Shown here one piece after another: positions 29,449 to 41,963 of a stretch of 64,000 nt of DNA (positions are counted from its first letter, which is position 1; each line of letters opens with the position of its first letter). The notes under the pieces were generated by a model. That model was not told the origin of the DNA, made no database searches, and worked only from the letters and a program-made list of their open reading frames with translations. Made by a program: the position numbers and the translations under genes. This DNA comes from Candidatus Thorarchaeota archaeon (lineage in GTDB: Archaea > Asgardarchaeota > Thorarchaeia > Thorarchaeales > Thorarchaeaceae), in assembly GCA_011364985.1 (NCBI GenBank), contig RDOC01000002.1, positions 160,001 through 224,000 on the forward strand, in the 5' to 3' direction.

Positions 29449-32400
29449 ATGGCAGCTGGCACAGAAGAAAGGGGCAAGTATTGGACGGTCATTGAGTCCT
29501 TCTTCGATCAGTTTGGCCTAGTAGGTCAGCATCTGGACTCGTTCAACCGATTCCTTAGCGAAGAGCTTCAGCAAGTGGTTGATAGTGTTGCACGGCTTAA
29601 TCCAAAGGTCGAAGGGTACCATGTAGAGCTGGGCAATATTATCGTCGAGGCCCCCTCAGTTAGAGAAGCTGATGGAAGTGAGCATCCTCTGTTTCCCAAT
29701 GAAGCAAGGATTAGAAACCTGACCTATGCAAGTAAGCTCTACTTGGATATGACCCCTGTCCGCAAGGAGGGGTCAATCTCAACCAGAATGGAAACGATGA
29801 GAATCTACATTGGCGATATTCCTATTATGCTCAGGAGCGAGAAATGCCTTCTCCATGGTATGTCCAACGAAGAGCTAATCCAGAAAGGTGAAGACCCGAA
29901 GGATCCAGGCGGCTACTTCATAATCAACGGGTCCGAACGTGTTCTTGTCACACAGGAGGACCTTGCACCTAATCGGATTCTAATCGAAGAGGCAAGCAAG
30001 AGCTCGAGTTACACACACATTGGCAAGGTGTTCTCCACCTCCCGTGGATTCCGAGCCCCAGTTACAATTGAGAGAAAGCGGAATGGAGAGCTTCGTGTAT
30101 CATTCCCCTCTGTGCCAGGAAAGATTCCCCTTGCTATTCTCCTCAAGTCCCTTGGTCTAGAGTCAGATAGAGAAATTGTAGATGTCATCTCCGATGATGA
30201 TGAAATCCGAAACGAACTCATTGTCACAATCGAACAGTCAGCTCCCATCAATGCAACTCGCGAAGATGAGGAGAGCACAACAAGAGAGAATGCCCTTGAC
30301 TTCATTGGAAAGCGTGTAGCTGTCGGACAGACAAAGGAGTATCGTCTTGCCCGAGCAGAAAAGGTTCTTGACCGTTATCTTCTCCCGCATATTGGAACTG
30401 AAGAGGAGCATCGTTTGCAGAAGGCCTACTATCTTGGACAAATGGTGGAACGTCTTCTTGAACTAGTTCTATCCAAGCGGCAGCCCGATGATAAGGACCA
30501 CTATGCCAACAAGAGACTGAAGCTATCTGGGGATTTGCTGATGTCTCTCTTCAGAGTGGCATTGTACTCCTTGACTCGTGATATCAAGTATCAACTTGAG
30601 AGAACAGCAGTACGAGGTCGAAAACCAAACATCCGTACTGCAGTCAGAGCTGATGTAATCACTCAGCGTCTAAAGCACGCTTTGGCAACAGGCAACTGGG
30701 TCGGCGGCAAGGCTGGTGTTTCACAGCTACTAGATCGTACAAATTACATCTCATCCCTCTCACACCTTCGACGAGTGGTATCCCCCCTCTCGCGGTCACA
30801 ACCACATTTCGAAGCACGAGACCTTCACTCAACCCACTGGGGAAAGATATGTCCAAACGAAACTCCTGAAGGTCCAAACTGTGGTCTTGTCAAGAATATT
30901 GCAATGATGGCCTATATCTCGGTAGGCACTGACGAAATTGCCGTGGAAAAGGCTCTTTTGAAGGCCGAGGTGGAGAGTATTGAGAAGATACGTGGAAAAC
31001 GTGGTACAAAGTGGGCCGACGTGTTTCTAAACGGTCGACTTGTAGGTATCCATCCTGCACCACAGGTCTTGGTAAAGACTATCCGACAGAAACGGCGTGC
31101 TGGCGAAATCGACCATGAGGTCAATATCGCATACTACGAAAATACGCACGAAGTACAGGTCAACTGTGATGCAGGCCGAGTAAGAAGGCCTCTCATAGTT
31201 GTTGAGAATGGAAAGAGCAGACTAACTGACGAGCATCTACGAATGGTCCAAGATGGTGAATGGACTTTCAACGACCTAATGAGAAATGGAATAGTCGAGT
31301 TCTTGGATGCAGAAGAAGAGGAGAATACACTAATTGCAATGTATCCAAACGAACTTGGTCCAGATACAACCCATCTCGAAATTGAACCCTCGACAATTCT
31401 AGGTATTTCTGCAGCACTCATTCCGTTTCCAGAACGAAATCAGTCACCTCGTAACGTCTACATGGCAGGAATGGCAAAGCAGTCTGTTGGAGTGCCGGCA
31501 TCGAACTTCAAGTATCGTGCTGACACACGTTCGCACTTCTTCCATTATCCACAGATACCACTAGTCAAGACTCGTGCAATGGACTCAATAGGATACGAGG
31601 AGCGACCTGCAGGGCAGAACTTCATCGTTGCAATTCTCTCCTTTGAGGGTTACAACATTGAAGATGCTCTGATTATGAACAAAGCATCTATTGAGAGAGG
31701 TCTAGGTAGGAGCACTTTTGCCCGAGTCTACGAGAGCGAAGAGCGAAAGTATCCTGGCGGTCAGGAAGACAAGTTTGAGATTCCCGATCGCAGTGTTCGT
31801 GGATACAGGGCTTCCGAATCTTACCGTAATCTGGGCGAGGATGGTATCATTGAAACCGAGGTGGAAGTACAAGGCGGTGATGTGCTTATTGGTAGAACTT
31901 CCCCACCAAGGTTCCTAGAAGAATACTCCGAGTTCGAGATGGCTTCGCCAAATCGACGTGAAACTTCTGTTGCTGTACGTCACGGAGAGTCAGGCGTTGT
32001 CGATAGCGTTATTCTTACAGAAACAATAGACGGCAATCGTCTTGTGAAGGTAAAGGTACGAGACCTTCGAGTTCCTGAACTTGGCGACAAATATGCATCA
32101 CGTCATGGTCAGAAGGGCGTAATCGGCTATATAGTACCTCAAGAGGATGTGCCTTTCACCGAAGACGGTGTTGTTCCTGACTTGATAATCAATCCACATG
32201 CCATCCCCAGCCGAATGACAATAGGCCAGATTCTTGAGATGATTGCTGGAAAAGCTGCTTGCATGGAAGGTAGACAGCAAGATGCAACACCTTTCTCAGG
32301 CGTGAGTGAAGATGAGCTCTTTGATATCTTGAAGAAGCATGGTCTTCAACACACTGGCCGCGAAGTAATGTACTCTGGCATCACTGGCCAGAAGCTCGTT

Positions 32401-32820
32401 TCCGACATTTTCATTGGTGTTATCTATTACCAGAAGCTTCACCATATGGTTGCTGACAAAATCCATGCACGCGCTCGAGGTCCAGTACAGATTCTTACAC
32501 GTCAACCAACCGAAGGGCGCGCTCGAGAAGGTGGTCTTAGATTCGGTGAGATGGAACGAGATGTGCTAATTGGTCATGGCGCTGCAATCCTACTGAAAGG
32601 TCGACTTCTTGATGAGTCAGACAAGAGCAACATGCTGGTCTGCGAGGACTGTGGGCTCATCGGAGTCTACGACAGGAACAAGGACCAATACTACTGCCCA
32701 ATATGTGGCCCCAACGCGAAGATTAGTAGCGTTGTTGTATCTTATGCTTTCAAACTTCTCATACAAGAAATGATGTCCCTTGGCTTGGCTGCCAGACTGC
32801 GACTAAAGGAGATGGTCTAA
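29449..32820 (+). CDS. rpoB: RNA polymerase subunit B (unsplit Rpo2)
   Basis: [48 protein letters not shown]. Confidence 0.99.
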   Translation: MAAGTEERGKYWTVIESFFDQFGLVGQHLDSFNRFLSEELQQVVDSVARLNPKVEGYHVELGNIIVEAPSVREADGSEHPLFPNEARIRNLTYASKLYLDMTPVRKEGSISTRMETMRIYIGDIPIMLRSEKCLLHGMSNEELIQKGEDPKDPGGYFIINGSERVLVTQEDLAPNRILIEEASKSSSYTHIGKVFSTSRGFRAPVTIERKRNGELRVSFPSVPGKIPLAILLKSLGLESDREIVDVISDDDEIRNELIVTIEQSAPINATREDEESTTRENALDFIGKRVAVGQTKEYRLARAEKVLDRYLLPHIGTEEEHRLQKAYYLGQMVERLLELVLSKRQPDDKDHYANKRLKLSGDLLMSLFRVALYSLTRDIKYQLERTAVRGRKPNIRTAVRADVITQRLKHALATGNWVGGKAGVSQLLDRTNYISSLSHLRRVVSPLSRSQPHFEARDLHSTHWGKICPNETPEGPNCGLVKNIAMMAYISVGTDEIAVEKALLKAEVESIEKIRGKRGTKWADVFLNGRLVGIHPAPQVLVKTIRQKRRAGEIDHEVNIAYYENTHEVQVNCDAGRVRRPLIVVENGKSRLTDEHLRMVQDGEWTFNDLMRNGIVEFLDAEEEENTLIAMYPNELGPDTTHLEIEPSTILGISAALIPFPERNQSPRNVYMAGMAKQSVGVPASNFKYRADTRSHFFHYPQIPLVKTRAMDSIGYEERPAGQNFIVAILSFEGYNIEDALIMNKASIERGLGRSTFARVYESEERKYPGGQEDKFEIPDRSVRGYRASESYRNLGEDGIIETEVEVQGGDVLIGRTSPPRFLEEYSEFEMASPNRRETSVAVRHGESGVVDSVILTETIDGNRLVKVKVRDLRVPELGDKYASRHGQKGVIGYIVPQEDVPFTEDGVVPDLIINPHAIPSRMTIGQILEMIAGKAACMEGRQQDATPFSGVSEDELFDILKKHGLQHTGREVMYSGITGQKLVSDIFIGVIYYQKLHHMVADKIHARARGPVQILTRQPTEGRAREGGLRFGEMERDVLIGHGAAILLKGRLLDESDKSNMLVCEDCGLIGVYDRNKDQYYCPICGPNAKISSVVVSYAFKLLIQEMMSLGLAARLRLKEMV

Positions 32821-35478
32821 ATGATTAGTGGACTTACGACCAAGAAGATTGACTCAATCGAGTTTGGCCTTCTTAGCCCTGAGGACATTCGAAAAATGTC
32901 CGTCGCTCAGATTGTCGTTGCAGATACTTATGATGAGGATGGGTACCCTATCGAATCTGGGATTATGGATCCCCGATTGGGCGTCATCGATCCTGGCCAG
33001 CGTTGTAGGACCTGCGGCAATCGGGTAGGCAACTGCCCAGGTCATTTTGGACACATTGAACTCGCTCGTCCCATAATGCATGCGGGTTATGCGAAAGTCA
33101 TTCACAAGGTGCTTCGTAGCATCTGCCGGGAATGCAATAGAATCTTGCTGACAGACGAAGAGATTGATTACTATAACAGGATGTTCAAACGGTATCCTGA
33201 GATTGGCCAGAAGACTGCGAACTTATCGAAGGACATTCTCAAGCGCGCCGCAAAGGCAAAGACATGTCCACATTGCGAGGAGGAGCAACTGAAGCTCAAG
33301 CTGGAGAAGCCTACTTCAATCTTCGAAGTAGGTGATGCCGGCTCAGTACGACTCACAGCCATTGACATTCGTGCAAGGCTAGAGAACATCTCTGATGATG
33401 ATTATAGGCTTCTGGGAATCAATCCTGATGCAGCTCGGCTTGAGTGGGCCATCATGACTGTACTTCCAGTGCCACCAGTCACCGTAAGACCGTCCATCAC
33501 GCTTGAATCTGGCGTGCGTTCTGAGGACGATCTGAGCCACAAATGCATCGACATTATCAGAATCAATCAGAGATTACGAGAGAACTTGGATGCTGGAGCC
33601 CCTCAGTTGATTGTTGAGGATCTCTGGGAGCTTCTGCAGTATCACGTAACAACCTATATGGACAATGGTGTTTCTGGCATTCCACCAGCAAGGCATAGGT
33701 CTGGACGTGCCCTCAGGACGCTGGCTCAGAGACTAAAGGGCAAAGAAGGGCGGTTTAGGTCAAATCTCTCAGGTAAACGTGTTGACTTCTCTGCTCGTAC
33801 TGTAATCTCCCCAGATCCCAATCTAAGTATGAATGAGGTTGGTGTACCTGAGGAGATAGCACGAATTCTCACTATTCCACAACGTGTCACAGAATGGAAC
33901 ATCGAAGAGATGAAAGAACTTGTTCTTCGAGGTCCAGATACTCATCCCGGCGCAAACTACCTTATTCGAACGGATGGTCGGCGAGTGGACCTTCGTTTTG
34001 TTAAGGACCGGACAATAATCTCCGATACAATCGAACCAGGCTTCATTGTGGAGAGACATCTCGACTCTGGTGATATTGTGTTATTCAATCGCCAGCCTTC
34101 TCTCCACAGGATGTCAATAATGGCTCATGAGGTTAGGGTGATGCCCTACCGGACATTTAGACTAAGTCTCTATGTATGTCCTCCCTACAACGCTGATTTC
34201 GATGGGGACGAAATGAACTTGCATGTGCCGCAATCCGAAGAGGCTCGTGCAGAGGCTAGGGTTCTCATGCGCGTGCAGGAACAAATCCTCTCCCCACGAT
34301 ATGGGGGGCCAATCATCGGAGCACTTCAGGACTATATATCTGCAGCCTTCCTATTGACTCGAAAGTCCAGTCTGTATACCGAGAATCAAGTCAACCAACT
34401 CCTTGCAACGGGCAGATTCACAGGGACTCTACCGGATCCGTCAATTATCGCACCTGTGAAGCTATGGACAGGCAAGCAGATCTTCAGCATGTTCATTCCC
34501 GAAGGAATCAATATCTCCTTCAAGGCCAATGTCTGCAGGAAATGCAACGTGTGCACCAAGGAGGACTGCCCCTATGACTCCTATGTGGTCATTCGCGACG
34601 GTGAACTCCTGTTCGGAGTCGTCGACGAGAAGGCCTTTGGTGCAGGAGAACCGGACTCACTCTTCCACCGAATAATCAAAGAAAAAGGCACTACTGCAGC
34701 TCGTGTATTCATGGACTCTGTGGGTCGACTTCTGATTCGTCTCATCACTGATAGAGGCTTTTCATTGGGTCTAAACGATGTGACACTTCCTAGAGAGGCA
34801 CAACAACGAATCAAAATAATCCTGCAAGAGGCTGACCATAAGGTCAACCAGCTCATTGAAACTTACAAACGGGGTGAACTCGACCCCAATCCGGGTCAGA
34901 CACTCCTCGAAACTCTCGAACAGCGAATCATGGCTACGCTTGCAGAGGCAAGAGACTCTGCAGGTGCAGTTGCAGGAGAACATCTGGGTCTTGAAAATTC
35001 AGCTGTCATAATGGCACAGACTGGAGCTCGTGGTTCACGGCTGAACCTTTCACAGATGGCTGCTGTCGTTGGACAGCAGGCTGTACGTGGTGAACGTATT
35101 AGTAGAGGCTACATAGGACGCACATTGCCTCACTTCGAGCGTGGCAATCTTGGTGCAAGAGCACGAGGATTTGTGACATCTAGTTACAAGAGTGGTCTTG
35201 ACCCAATTGAGTATTGGTTCCATGCTGCTGGCGGCCGAGAAGGACTTGTTGATACAGCTGTCCGAACCTCGACCTCTGGATATATGCAACGGCGTCTAAT
35301 GACTGCGCTGCAGGATTTGAAGGTGGAAACTGATGGTACTGTTCGTACTGCTCCTGGACGTATTGTCCAGTTCAAGTTCGGTGATGACGGCGTAGACCCC
35401 AGCAAATCCGATCATGGCCGTTCCGTGAATATTGACATTGCAATTGAAAAGGTACTTGGAAAGAGAATAAAGGAGTAG
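32821..35478 (+). CDS. rpoA1: RNA polymerase subunit A' (Rpo1N)
   Basis: CPGHFGHIEL, YNADFDGDEMN. Confidence 0.99.
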   Translation: MISGLTTKKIDSIEFGLLSPEDIRKMSVAQIVVADTYDEDGYPIESGIMDPRLGVIDPGQRCRTCGNRVGNCPGHFGHIELARPIMHAGYAKVIHKVLRSICRECNRILLTDEEIDYYNRMFKRYPEIGQKTANLSKDILKRAAKAKTCPHCEEEQLKLKLEKPTSIFEVGDAGSVRLTAIDIRARLENISDDDYRLLGINPDAARLEWAIMTVLPVPPVTVRPSITLESGVRSEDDLSHKCIDIIRINQRLRENLDAGAPQLIVEDLWELLQYHVTTYMDNGVSGIPPARHRSGRALRTLAQRLKGKEGRFRSNLSGKRVDFSARTVISPDPNLSMNEVGVPEEIARILTIPQRVTEWNIEEMKELVLRGPDTHPGANYLIRTDGRRVDLRFVKDRTIISDTIEPGFIVERHLDSGDIVLFNRQPSLHRMSIMAHEVRVMPYRTFRLSLYVCPPYNADFDGDEMNLHVPQSEEARAEARVLMRVQEQILSPRYGGPIIGALQDYISAAFLLTRKSSLYTENQVNQLLATGRFTGTLPDPSIIAPVKLWTGKQIFSMFIPEGINISFKANVCRKCNVCTKEDCPYDSYVVIRDGELLFGVVDEKAFGAGEPDSLFHRIIKEKGTTAARVFMDSVGRLLIRLITDRGFSLGLNDVTLPREAQQRIKIILQEADHKVNQLIETYKRGELDPNPGQTLLETLEQRIMATLAEARDSAGAVAGEHLGLENSAVIMAQTGARGSRLNLSQMAAVVGQQAVRGERISRGYIGRTLPHFERGNLGARARGFVTSSYKSGLDPIEYWFHAAGGREGLVDTAVRTSTSGYMQRRLMTALQDLKVETDGTVRTAPGRIVQFKFGDDGVDPSKSDHGRSVNIDIAIEKVLGKRIKE

Positions 35479-35492
35479 AGGAGATCGAATAG

Positions 35493-36803
<1,311 letters not shown>

Positions 36804-36904
36804 TATCGCTTCCATGGCGGAAATGTTAAAACAGGACACCATATGTCGCAGATAGTTCAGCAAATGACGTCAAAAATACAAGAAAGACAACGAGGTCATG
36901 AGAA

Positions 36905-37198
36905 TTGAGCTTAAACCAACCAATTGCAAGCGCTGTGAGCACTGGAAAGTGCAAGATTGGCGCTAAATCATCAATTGACTCCTTGAAGACCGGAGTGGCA
37001 AAGGTAGTAGTTGTTGCAGCCAATTGTCCCAAAGAAGAGCACGAAGACATTGAGAGATACGCTCAGCTCTCTGGCATAAAGATTCTAAAGTTCGAGGGCA
37101 CTTCTTGGGACTTGGGCGAGGTGGTCGGTAAACCCTTCATGGTTTCTGCAATTACCGTTATCGAACCTGGCGATTCAAAGATACTCAAGATGATTTGA
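36905..37198 (+). CDS. rpl30e: 50S ribosomal protein L30e
   Basis: TGKCKIG, AANCP, LGEVVGKPF, PGDSKIL. Confidence 0.95.
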   Translation: MSLNQPIASAVSTGKCKIGAKSSIDSLKTGVAKVVVVAANCPKEEHEDIERYAQLSGIKILKFEGTSWDLGEVVGKPFMVSAITVIEPGDSKILKMI

Positions 37199-37209
37199 GG
37201 CGAGTTTTC

Positions 37210-37638
37210 TTGGTCAAGCTTTCAATGGAAGACATGTCCCTTATTGCCACCTTCGAACGTATTACCGGTGCAGCTGCAGTAGATGTAGTTCTCGATGATG
37301 AAAGTGAACGTATCATCTTCGTAGTTCGCGAGAAGCAACTAGGGAAGGCAATCGGGAAGGGAGGGTCAAATGTCAAGGCAGCCGCTGAGGCTCTTGGCCG
37401 TGTCATAGATGTTGTCGAAATTGCTGACACTCCTGAAGAATTTGTAAGGAGTGCACTTGCTCCTGCTCGAGTTGAAGAGGTCAAAATCATAGTCCATAGA
37501 GATGGGAATCGAGTCGCATCGGTCACTGTAAAGAGTGAAGACAGGGGCATTGCCATAGGAAAGGACGGGCGTAATGTTGCTCGTGCAAGGATTCTTGCTC
37601 GTCGTCACTTCGATCTCAACAATGTCGTTATTGCCTAA
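37210..37638 (+). CDS. nusA: Archaeal NusA (KH domains)
   Basis: KAIGKGGSNV and AIGKDGRNV; TTG start inferred. Confidence 0.95.
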   Translation: MVKLSMEDMSLIATFERITGAAAVDVVLDDESERIIFVVREKQLGKAIGKGGSNVKAAAEALGRVIDVVEIADTPEEFVRSALAPARVEEVKIIVHRDGNRVASVTVKSEDRGIAIGKDGRNVARARILARRHFDLNNVVIA

Positions 37639-38229
37639 GTACAGTTCAATTGTCCTGGAAGAGGTATGTATCGAATCCAAAGGAGTCAGTTATTCCCAGA
37701 CTTAATTGCAGTGTATAGTTAGTTGAAAACCATCATCAAAACACAGCTTGAACAACATGGGAGTTAGACTACTGGCAAATCTTCCACGAAACGATTTGAT
37801 AAAAGCTGCAGAAATGGATTTGAAGAAGAAACAAGCTTTCTCCTCAGCATCTTGAAGCTCTTGCATCGTATCTTCTCCTCTCTTCAATCCTTGACGAGAA
37901 AGATGACTATACTAGGGCAGAGGAAACTCTAAGAAGAGCTATAACGCATTTTCCCACTTCTAGTATGGTCTAGTTCTTGCTTGGCTCTAATCCTGCAGGC
38001 CAAGGCAGAAAAGAAGAGACACAGGAGGAATGGATGAGGCTTCTAGATTGAACCCCAATCACCTCAATGAGCTTGATGAAATGAAGTCTAAATATCGTGG
38101 ATAGCGGGTTCAGATGCCAGATGGAGAGCAACATTTGATAATCCTTTTAAGGAAACATGAAGCGGAAGCCGTGGCCACCAACAGATTACACCATATATGT
38201 TGGTCTCATCATCAAAGAGGTAAGATGCA

Positions 38230-38673
38230 TTGTCACGTGGAAAGAGTCCACTCGGTGAATTCGCAGCGCGACCCCTCTCGCGGAAACGCAAGAAGTTCCG
38301 CTGGAAGAAGACCGATTACAAGAGCAGAGTGCTCAAGCTCAAAAAGAAGACCGACCCTCTTGAGGGCGCATGTCAAGCTCGTGGGATAGTGCTTGAGAAA
38401 CAAGGAATTGAGTCGAAGCAGCCGAACTCAGCAATCAGGAAATGCGTACGAATTCAGCTTTCGAAGAATGGTAAGCAAATAACGGCATTCATTCCAGGTG
38501 ATGGTGGTCTCAAATACATAGATGAACACGATCAAGTCCATGTCGAGGGTATTGGTGGCGCAATGGGTGGTGCAATGGGAGATCTCCCGGGTGTTCGTTT
38601 CAAGGTAGTCAAAGTGAACGGTGTTTCTCTAGAGTCTCTTATCTACGGCAAGAAGGAGAAGCCGATACGTTAG
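38230..38673 (+). CDS. rps12: 30S ribosomal protein S12 (uS12)
   Basis: [25 protein letters not shown]. Confidence 0.98.
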   Translation: MSRGKSPLGEFAARPLSRKRKKFRWKKTDYKSRVLKLKKKTDPLEGACQARGIVLEKQGIESKQPNSAIRKCVRIQLSKNGKQITAFIPGDGGLKYIDEHDQVHVEGIGGAMGGAMGDLPGVRFKVVKVNGVSLESLIYGKKEKPIR

Positions 38674-38679
38674 GTGATC

Positions 38680-39342
38680 ATGATGGCTGAAGAAGAAAAG
38701 ACTGAGGTTGCTGAGGAGATTCCTGAGCCTGAAGAGCCACATGTCGCACCTGATCTTTTATTGTTTGGAAAGTGGGACTCAACAAATGTCGAGATTACCG
38801 ATGTTGGTCTAGCTCGATATATCTCACTTAAGCCAATCCTTATCCCGCATACTTCTGGGCGGCATGCACACAAGAGATTCCATAAGAGCCAAGTTCCAAT
38901 CGTTGAGAGATTTGTCAACAAGCTGCTGAATGCTGGTCGAAGAAAGGAAAAGAAGACCCGAACTGGCAGGAATGCAGGTAAGAAGACCCAAGCAATTGGC
39001 ATGCTTCGGCGAGTCTTTGAGATGATTGACTATCGAACAGGGCTTAATCCAATCCAAGTTCTTGTCACAGCTATTGAGAAGGCTGCACCTGCGGAGGAAA
39101 CTACCCGTATTTCTTACGGTGGAATGGCCTACCCCCGTTCAGTAGATGTAGCTCCACAGCGCAGAATTGATCTAGCTCTTCGGTATTTGGCTGTGGGAGC
39201 AGTGCGTTCTGCGTACAAGAATGCAAAATCACTTGAGGAATGCTTGGTGGATGAATTGCTTCTAGCCTATAAGGGCGATGCTGCTAGCTTTGCCGTAGCA
39301 AGGAAGGAAGAACGTGAGCGAGTTGCTCGTTCCGCAAGGTAA
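38680..39342 (+). CDS. rps7: 30S ribosomal protein S7 (uS7)
   Basis: PHTSGRH, NPIQVLV, VDVAPQRR. Confidence 0.98.
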   Translation: MMAEEEKTEVAEEIPEPEEPHVAPDLLLFGKWDSTNVEITDVGLARYISLKPILIPHTSGRHAHKRFHKSQVPIVERFVNKLLNAGRRKEKKTRTGRNAGKKTQAIGMLRRVFEMIDYRTGLNPIQVLVTAIEKAAPAEETTRISYGGMAYPRSVDVAPQRRIDLALRYLAVGAVRSAYKNAKSLEECLVDELLLAYKGDAASFAVARKEERERVARSAR

Positions 39343-39395
39343 GTTTCTGACAACGAGTAATCAGGGTCTCTAGTCTAAAGGCAGGCCATCTAGGA

Positions 39396-40331
39396 ATGTC
39401 ACGCGAAGGTTTCGCTTGGCTTGCAATTCTCTTCATCACGGTAATCTGGGCATCATCACTCATAATGGCAAAGATAGTGTTTGCTGAGAATATGACTCCC
39501 ATTGTCTTTGTAGCACTAAGATACACTGTTGCATGTCCATTCCTTGCTCTTCCTGCTCTAATTGCAAGGAGACGTACCAAAGCACAGCACGATCCGGAGC
39601 TCAATTGGTGTCTCTTGCTTCTCGTGGGACTCAGCGGACCGTTTATCTCTCAAACTCTGCAGTATCTTGGCCTTAATATCACGATCGCCAGTGATGCTCT
39701 TCTTTTGCTGAACCTAAGTCCAGTATTCGCTGTCCTTCTAGCTTTGCCTATTTTGAGCGAACAAATCACGGGAGACAAAGCAGTAGGTCTCCTTCTTGCT
39801 ACTCTTGGGGCAATACTCATTGTAATGACGCCAGTCCCAGTCGAGTGGTTGCCTGATACAACAAGAATTCTGGGCGATCTGGTTGTAATTCTTTCCACTT
39901 TCTTCTTTGCTATTAATGGCATCATAGGGAAAATTGCTGTAAAGACCATGAACTCAATCACTGTGACATTTTATAGCACATTCTTTTCAATACCTTTCAT
40001 TTGGCTTTCTGCAGCAATTTTCGAAGATGTAACAGTCATCTTTCGACTAAGTCTTCTCTCTTGGGTTGTTGTACTATGGGTAGGTATAGTCAATACTGCA
40101 TTGACTTTCATATTATACTATGAATCAATGCGTTATATCGAGGCTTCTAAGGTGCAGATTACACTCAATCTCATCGCTGTATGGGGTGTCATGATGTCAA
40201 TTCTCTTTCTGCACGAAGCAATCTTTCCTCTTCAGATACTCGGCGGAATCATAGCCATTCTTGGTGTTATTATTACTCAGAAATCAAGAAATCCTGAGTC
40301 AGGCATCAAGCCTCTAGGAGAAACATCATAG
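39396..40331 (+). CDS. EamA/DMT-family transporter
   Basis: About 10 TM; IWAS, ALRY, NLSPVF, LSEQI, LHEAI..QILGG. Confidence 0.9.
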   Translation: MSREGFAWLAILFITVIWASSLIMAKIVFAENMTPIVFVALRYTVACPFLALPALIARRRTKAQHDPELNWCLLLLVGLSGPFISQTLQYLGLNITIASDALLLLNLSPVFAVLLALPILSEQITGDKAVGLLLATLGAILIVMTPVPVEWLPDTTRILGDLVVILSTFFFAINGIIGKIAVKTMNSITVTFYSTFFSIPFIWLSAAIFEDVTVIFRLSLLSWVVVLWVGIVNTALTFILYYESMRYIEASKVQITLNLIAVWGVMMSILFLHEAIFPLQILGGIIAILGVIITQKSRNPESGIKPLGETS

Positions 40332-40568
40332 CTTACAGTTAGCAACAGCTTGAGGAATGATTACATCCGGGTTTTTCCTTGTAGTAATATTCTATGAACT
40401 CCAAGGAGTCTACTGGTCGTTCAGGCTGGCACAGACATCAAAATATGTTCATGCGGAGGTAGAACTGAACGACCCACAGCTCTAGTAAAATCATCCGCGG
40501 ATTAGTGGAAATGACTGTGCCAAAGAGAATACAGAAAAACAAGAGCCATGATTTGACATCTCATGCAG

Positions 40569-40922
40569 CTACTCATGCTGCCATTTCTCTTTCTCAATCT
40601 CTTCTCTCCTGAGAATTGGAATCACGTAAGTGTATAGGCTTCCGCTTGCAGGATCGTGGGTCACTCTCTTGAGAAGAACATCCAATCGTTTTTCTAGGGG
40701 CTGCATGTCAAAAGACCTTGTTATTAACGCCAAATTGGCGTCTTTGTCGGTAATGAATAGACTGACCATCATCAAAGTATGAGAGGAATTGAGACCCCTT
40801 ATTCCATTCATCACCCCGTTCGCCAAATCTATTGCCTGCTGACGAACATCATCGTTTCTAGGTACAGTTCTTCTATCATGGATGATAAATCCATCTGACT
40901 CAAAATCAAATTGTAGTCCCAT
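40569..40922 (-). CDS. Hypothetical protein, 117 aa
   Basis: GGAGGT SD before ATG; TTTATAT box upstream. Confidence 0.7.
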   Translation of the reverse strand: MGLQFDFESDGFIIHDRRTVPRNDDVRQQAIDLANGVMNGIRGLNSSHTLMMVSLFITDKDANLALITRSFDMQPLEKRLDVLLKRVTHDPASGSLYTYVIPILRREEIEKEKWQHE

Positions 40923-41963
40923 AGACCTCCGTATTTATCCAAGGCATATAAACACCGAATCACATTTGCATTGCAGATATCTCTGGATAAGAAATCCTGA
41001 CGAAAGGATTATCATGGAATCGCATTCATATTAGGATGGTGGGGTTTCAATCATGAGAGGAAGAATCATGCTATCTCGGTTACTTGCTGTTGCCTCTGCA
41101 ATCGGAATCGTAGTATCCGCAACACTCACTATGATTGCTTGGGGACTATGGAGTTCTGCTGTTCGTTCAACATTCAACACCCTCATGCAATTCTTTGTTA
41201 TCATCTTCTTCATTTCATTACCTCTTGGGATGTCCTAGAGGTCATCGAGAACCAACATGCTGAGGATGAGGGGCAAGGTCTAGAACTGGCATGATACGCT
41301 ACAGCAAATGCGGATGAATATTACTCCTACGTATTTGGGCGCCTTTTTAGCCCGTATTTTGACCTTGATCAAGCGGCCTTTTATAGTTGCATAGTACATC
41401 TTTCCTGTTTTGTGGCCAATTAAAGGAAGTTCACTCTTCCGAATCCGAAACAAAGCCAGGTTCAACAATACCATTAGAGACAGCATTCTCAATACGCTTT
41501 CTGTTTGATGCCGCTATTAGTAGAACTTGAATCAATATGCAATCAAAAAGGAGAAACACATTGAAGCCCACAATGATTGCCGATAGCAGGGATACAATCT
41601 CGGGTAATACAAGGATGAAAAGTGCCCTTGAAAGGACAACCTGAAGACCGAGTATAGAATCCAACTTCTTTCTGTATCTTACACCCTCAATACAGTCGAA
41701 CAAATCTGTACCTATGCTGAATTAACAGGCGTTAGTCATGCTCATCAGGCTTGAGTTCATTTTTTCAAACAAGTATAAGAATTTTTTAGATTCAAATTTG
41801 AGCTTCTCAAATGCATATTCTTCTCTCAGAAAAATCACAGTTATGGATGGCTAACATTGCTTAACGGAAAACTCTAAAAGCGACTCCCAAACCTTCAGGC
41901 TAGTTTCCATCAGATGACTTGCTCATCTAAAGGTGGAAATCATGAGACGTGGTGTTTCAAATA

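Noticed and set aside
30235-30290. Short insertion-like stretch in RpoB as a further in-frame intron
   Set aside because: No 4-bp central helix with flanking 3-nt bulges could be formed; it looks like a variable surface loop.
41031-41760. Short hydrophobic ORFs upstream of EF-1alpha (also 9045-9281, 23934-24152, 37702-37887)
   Set aside because: Possibly decayed membrane-protein genes, but no recognisable family or consistent frame.
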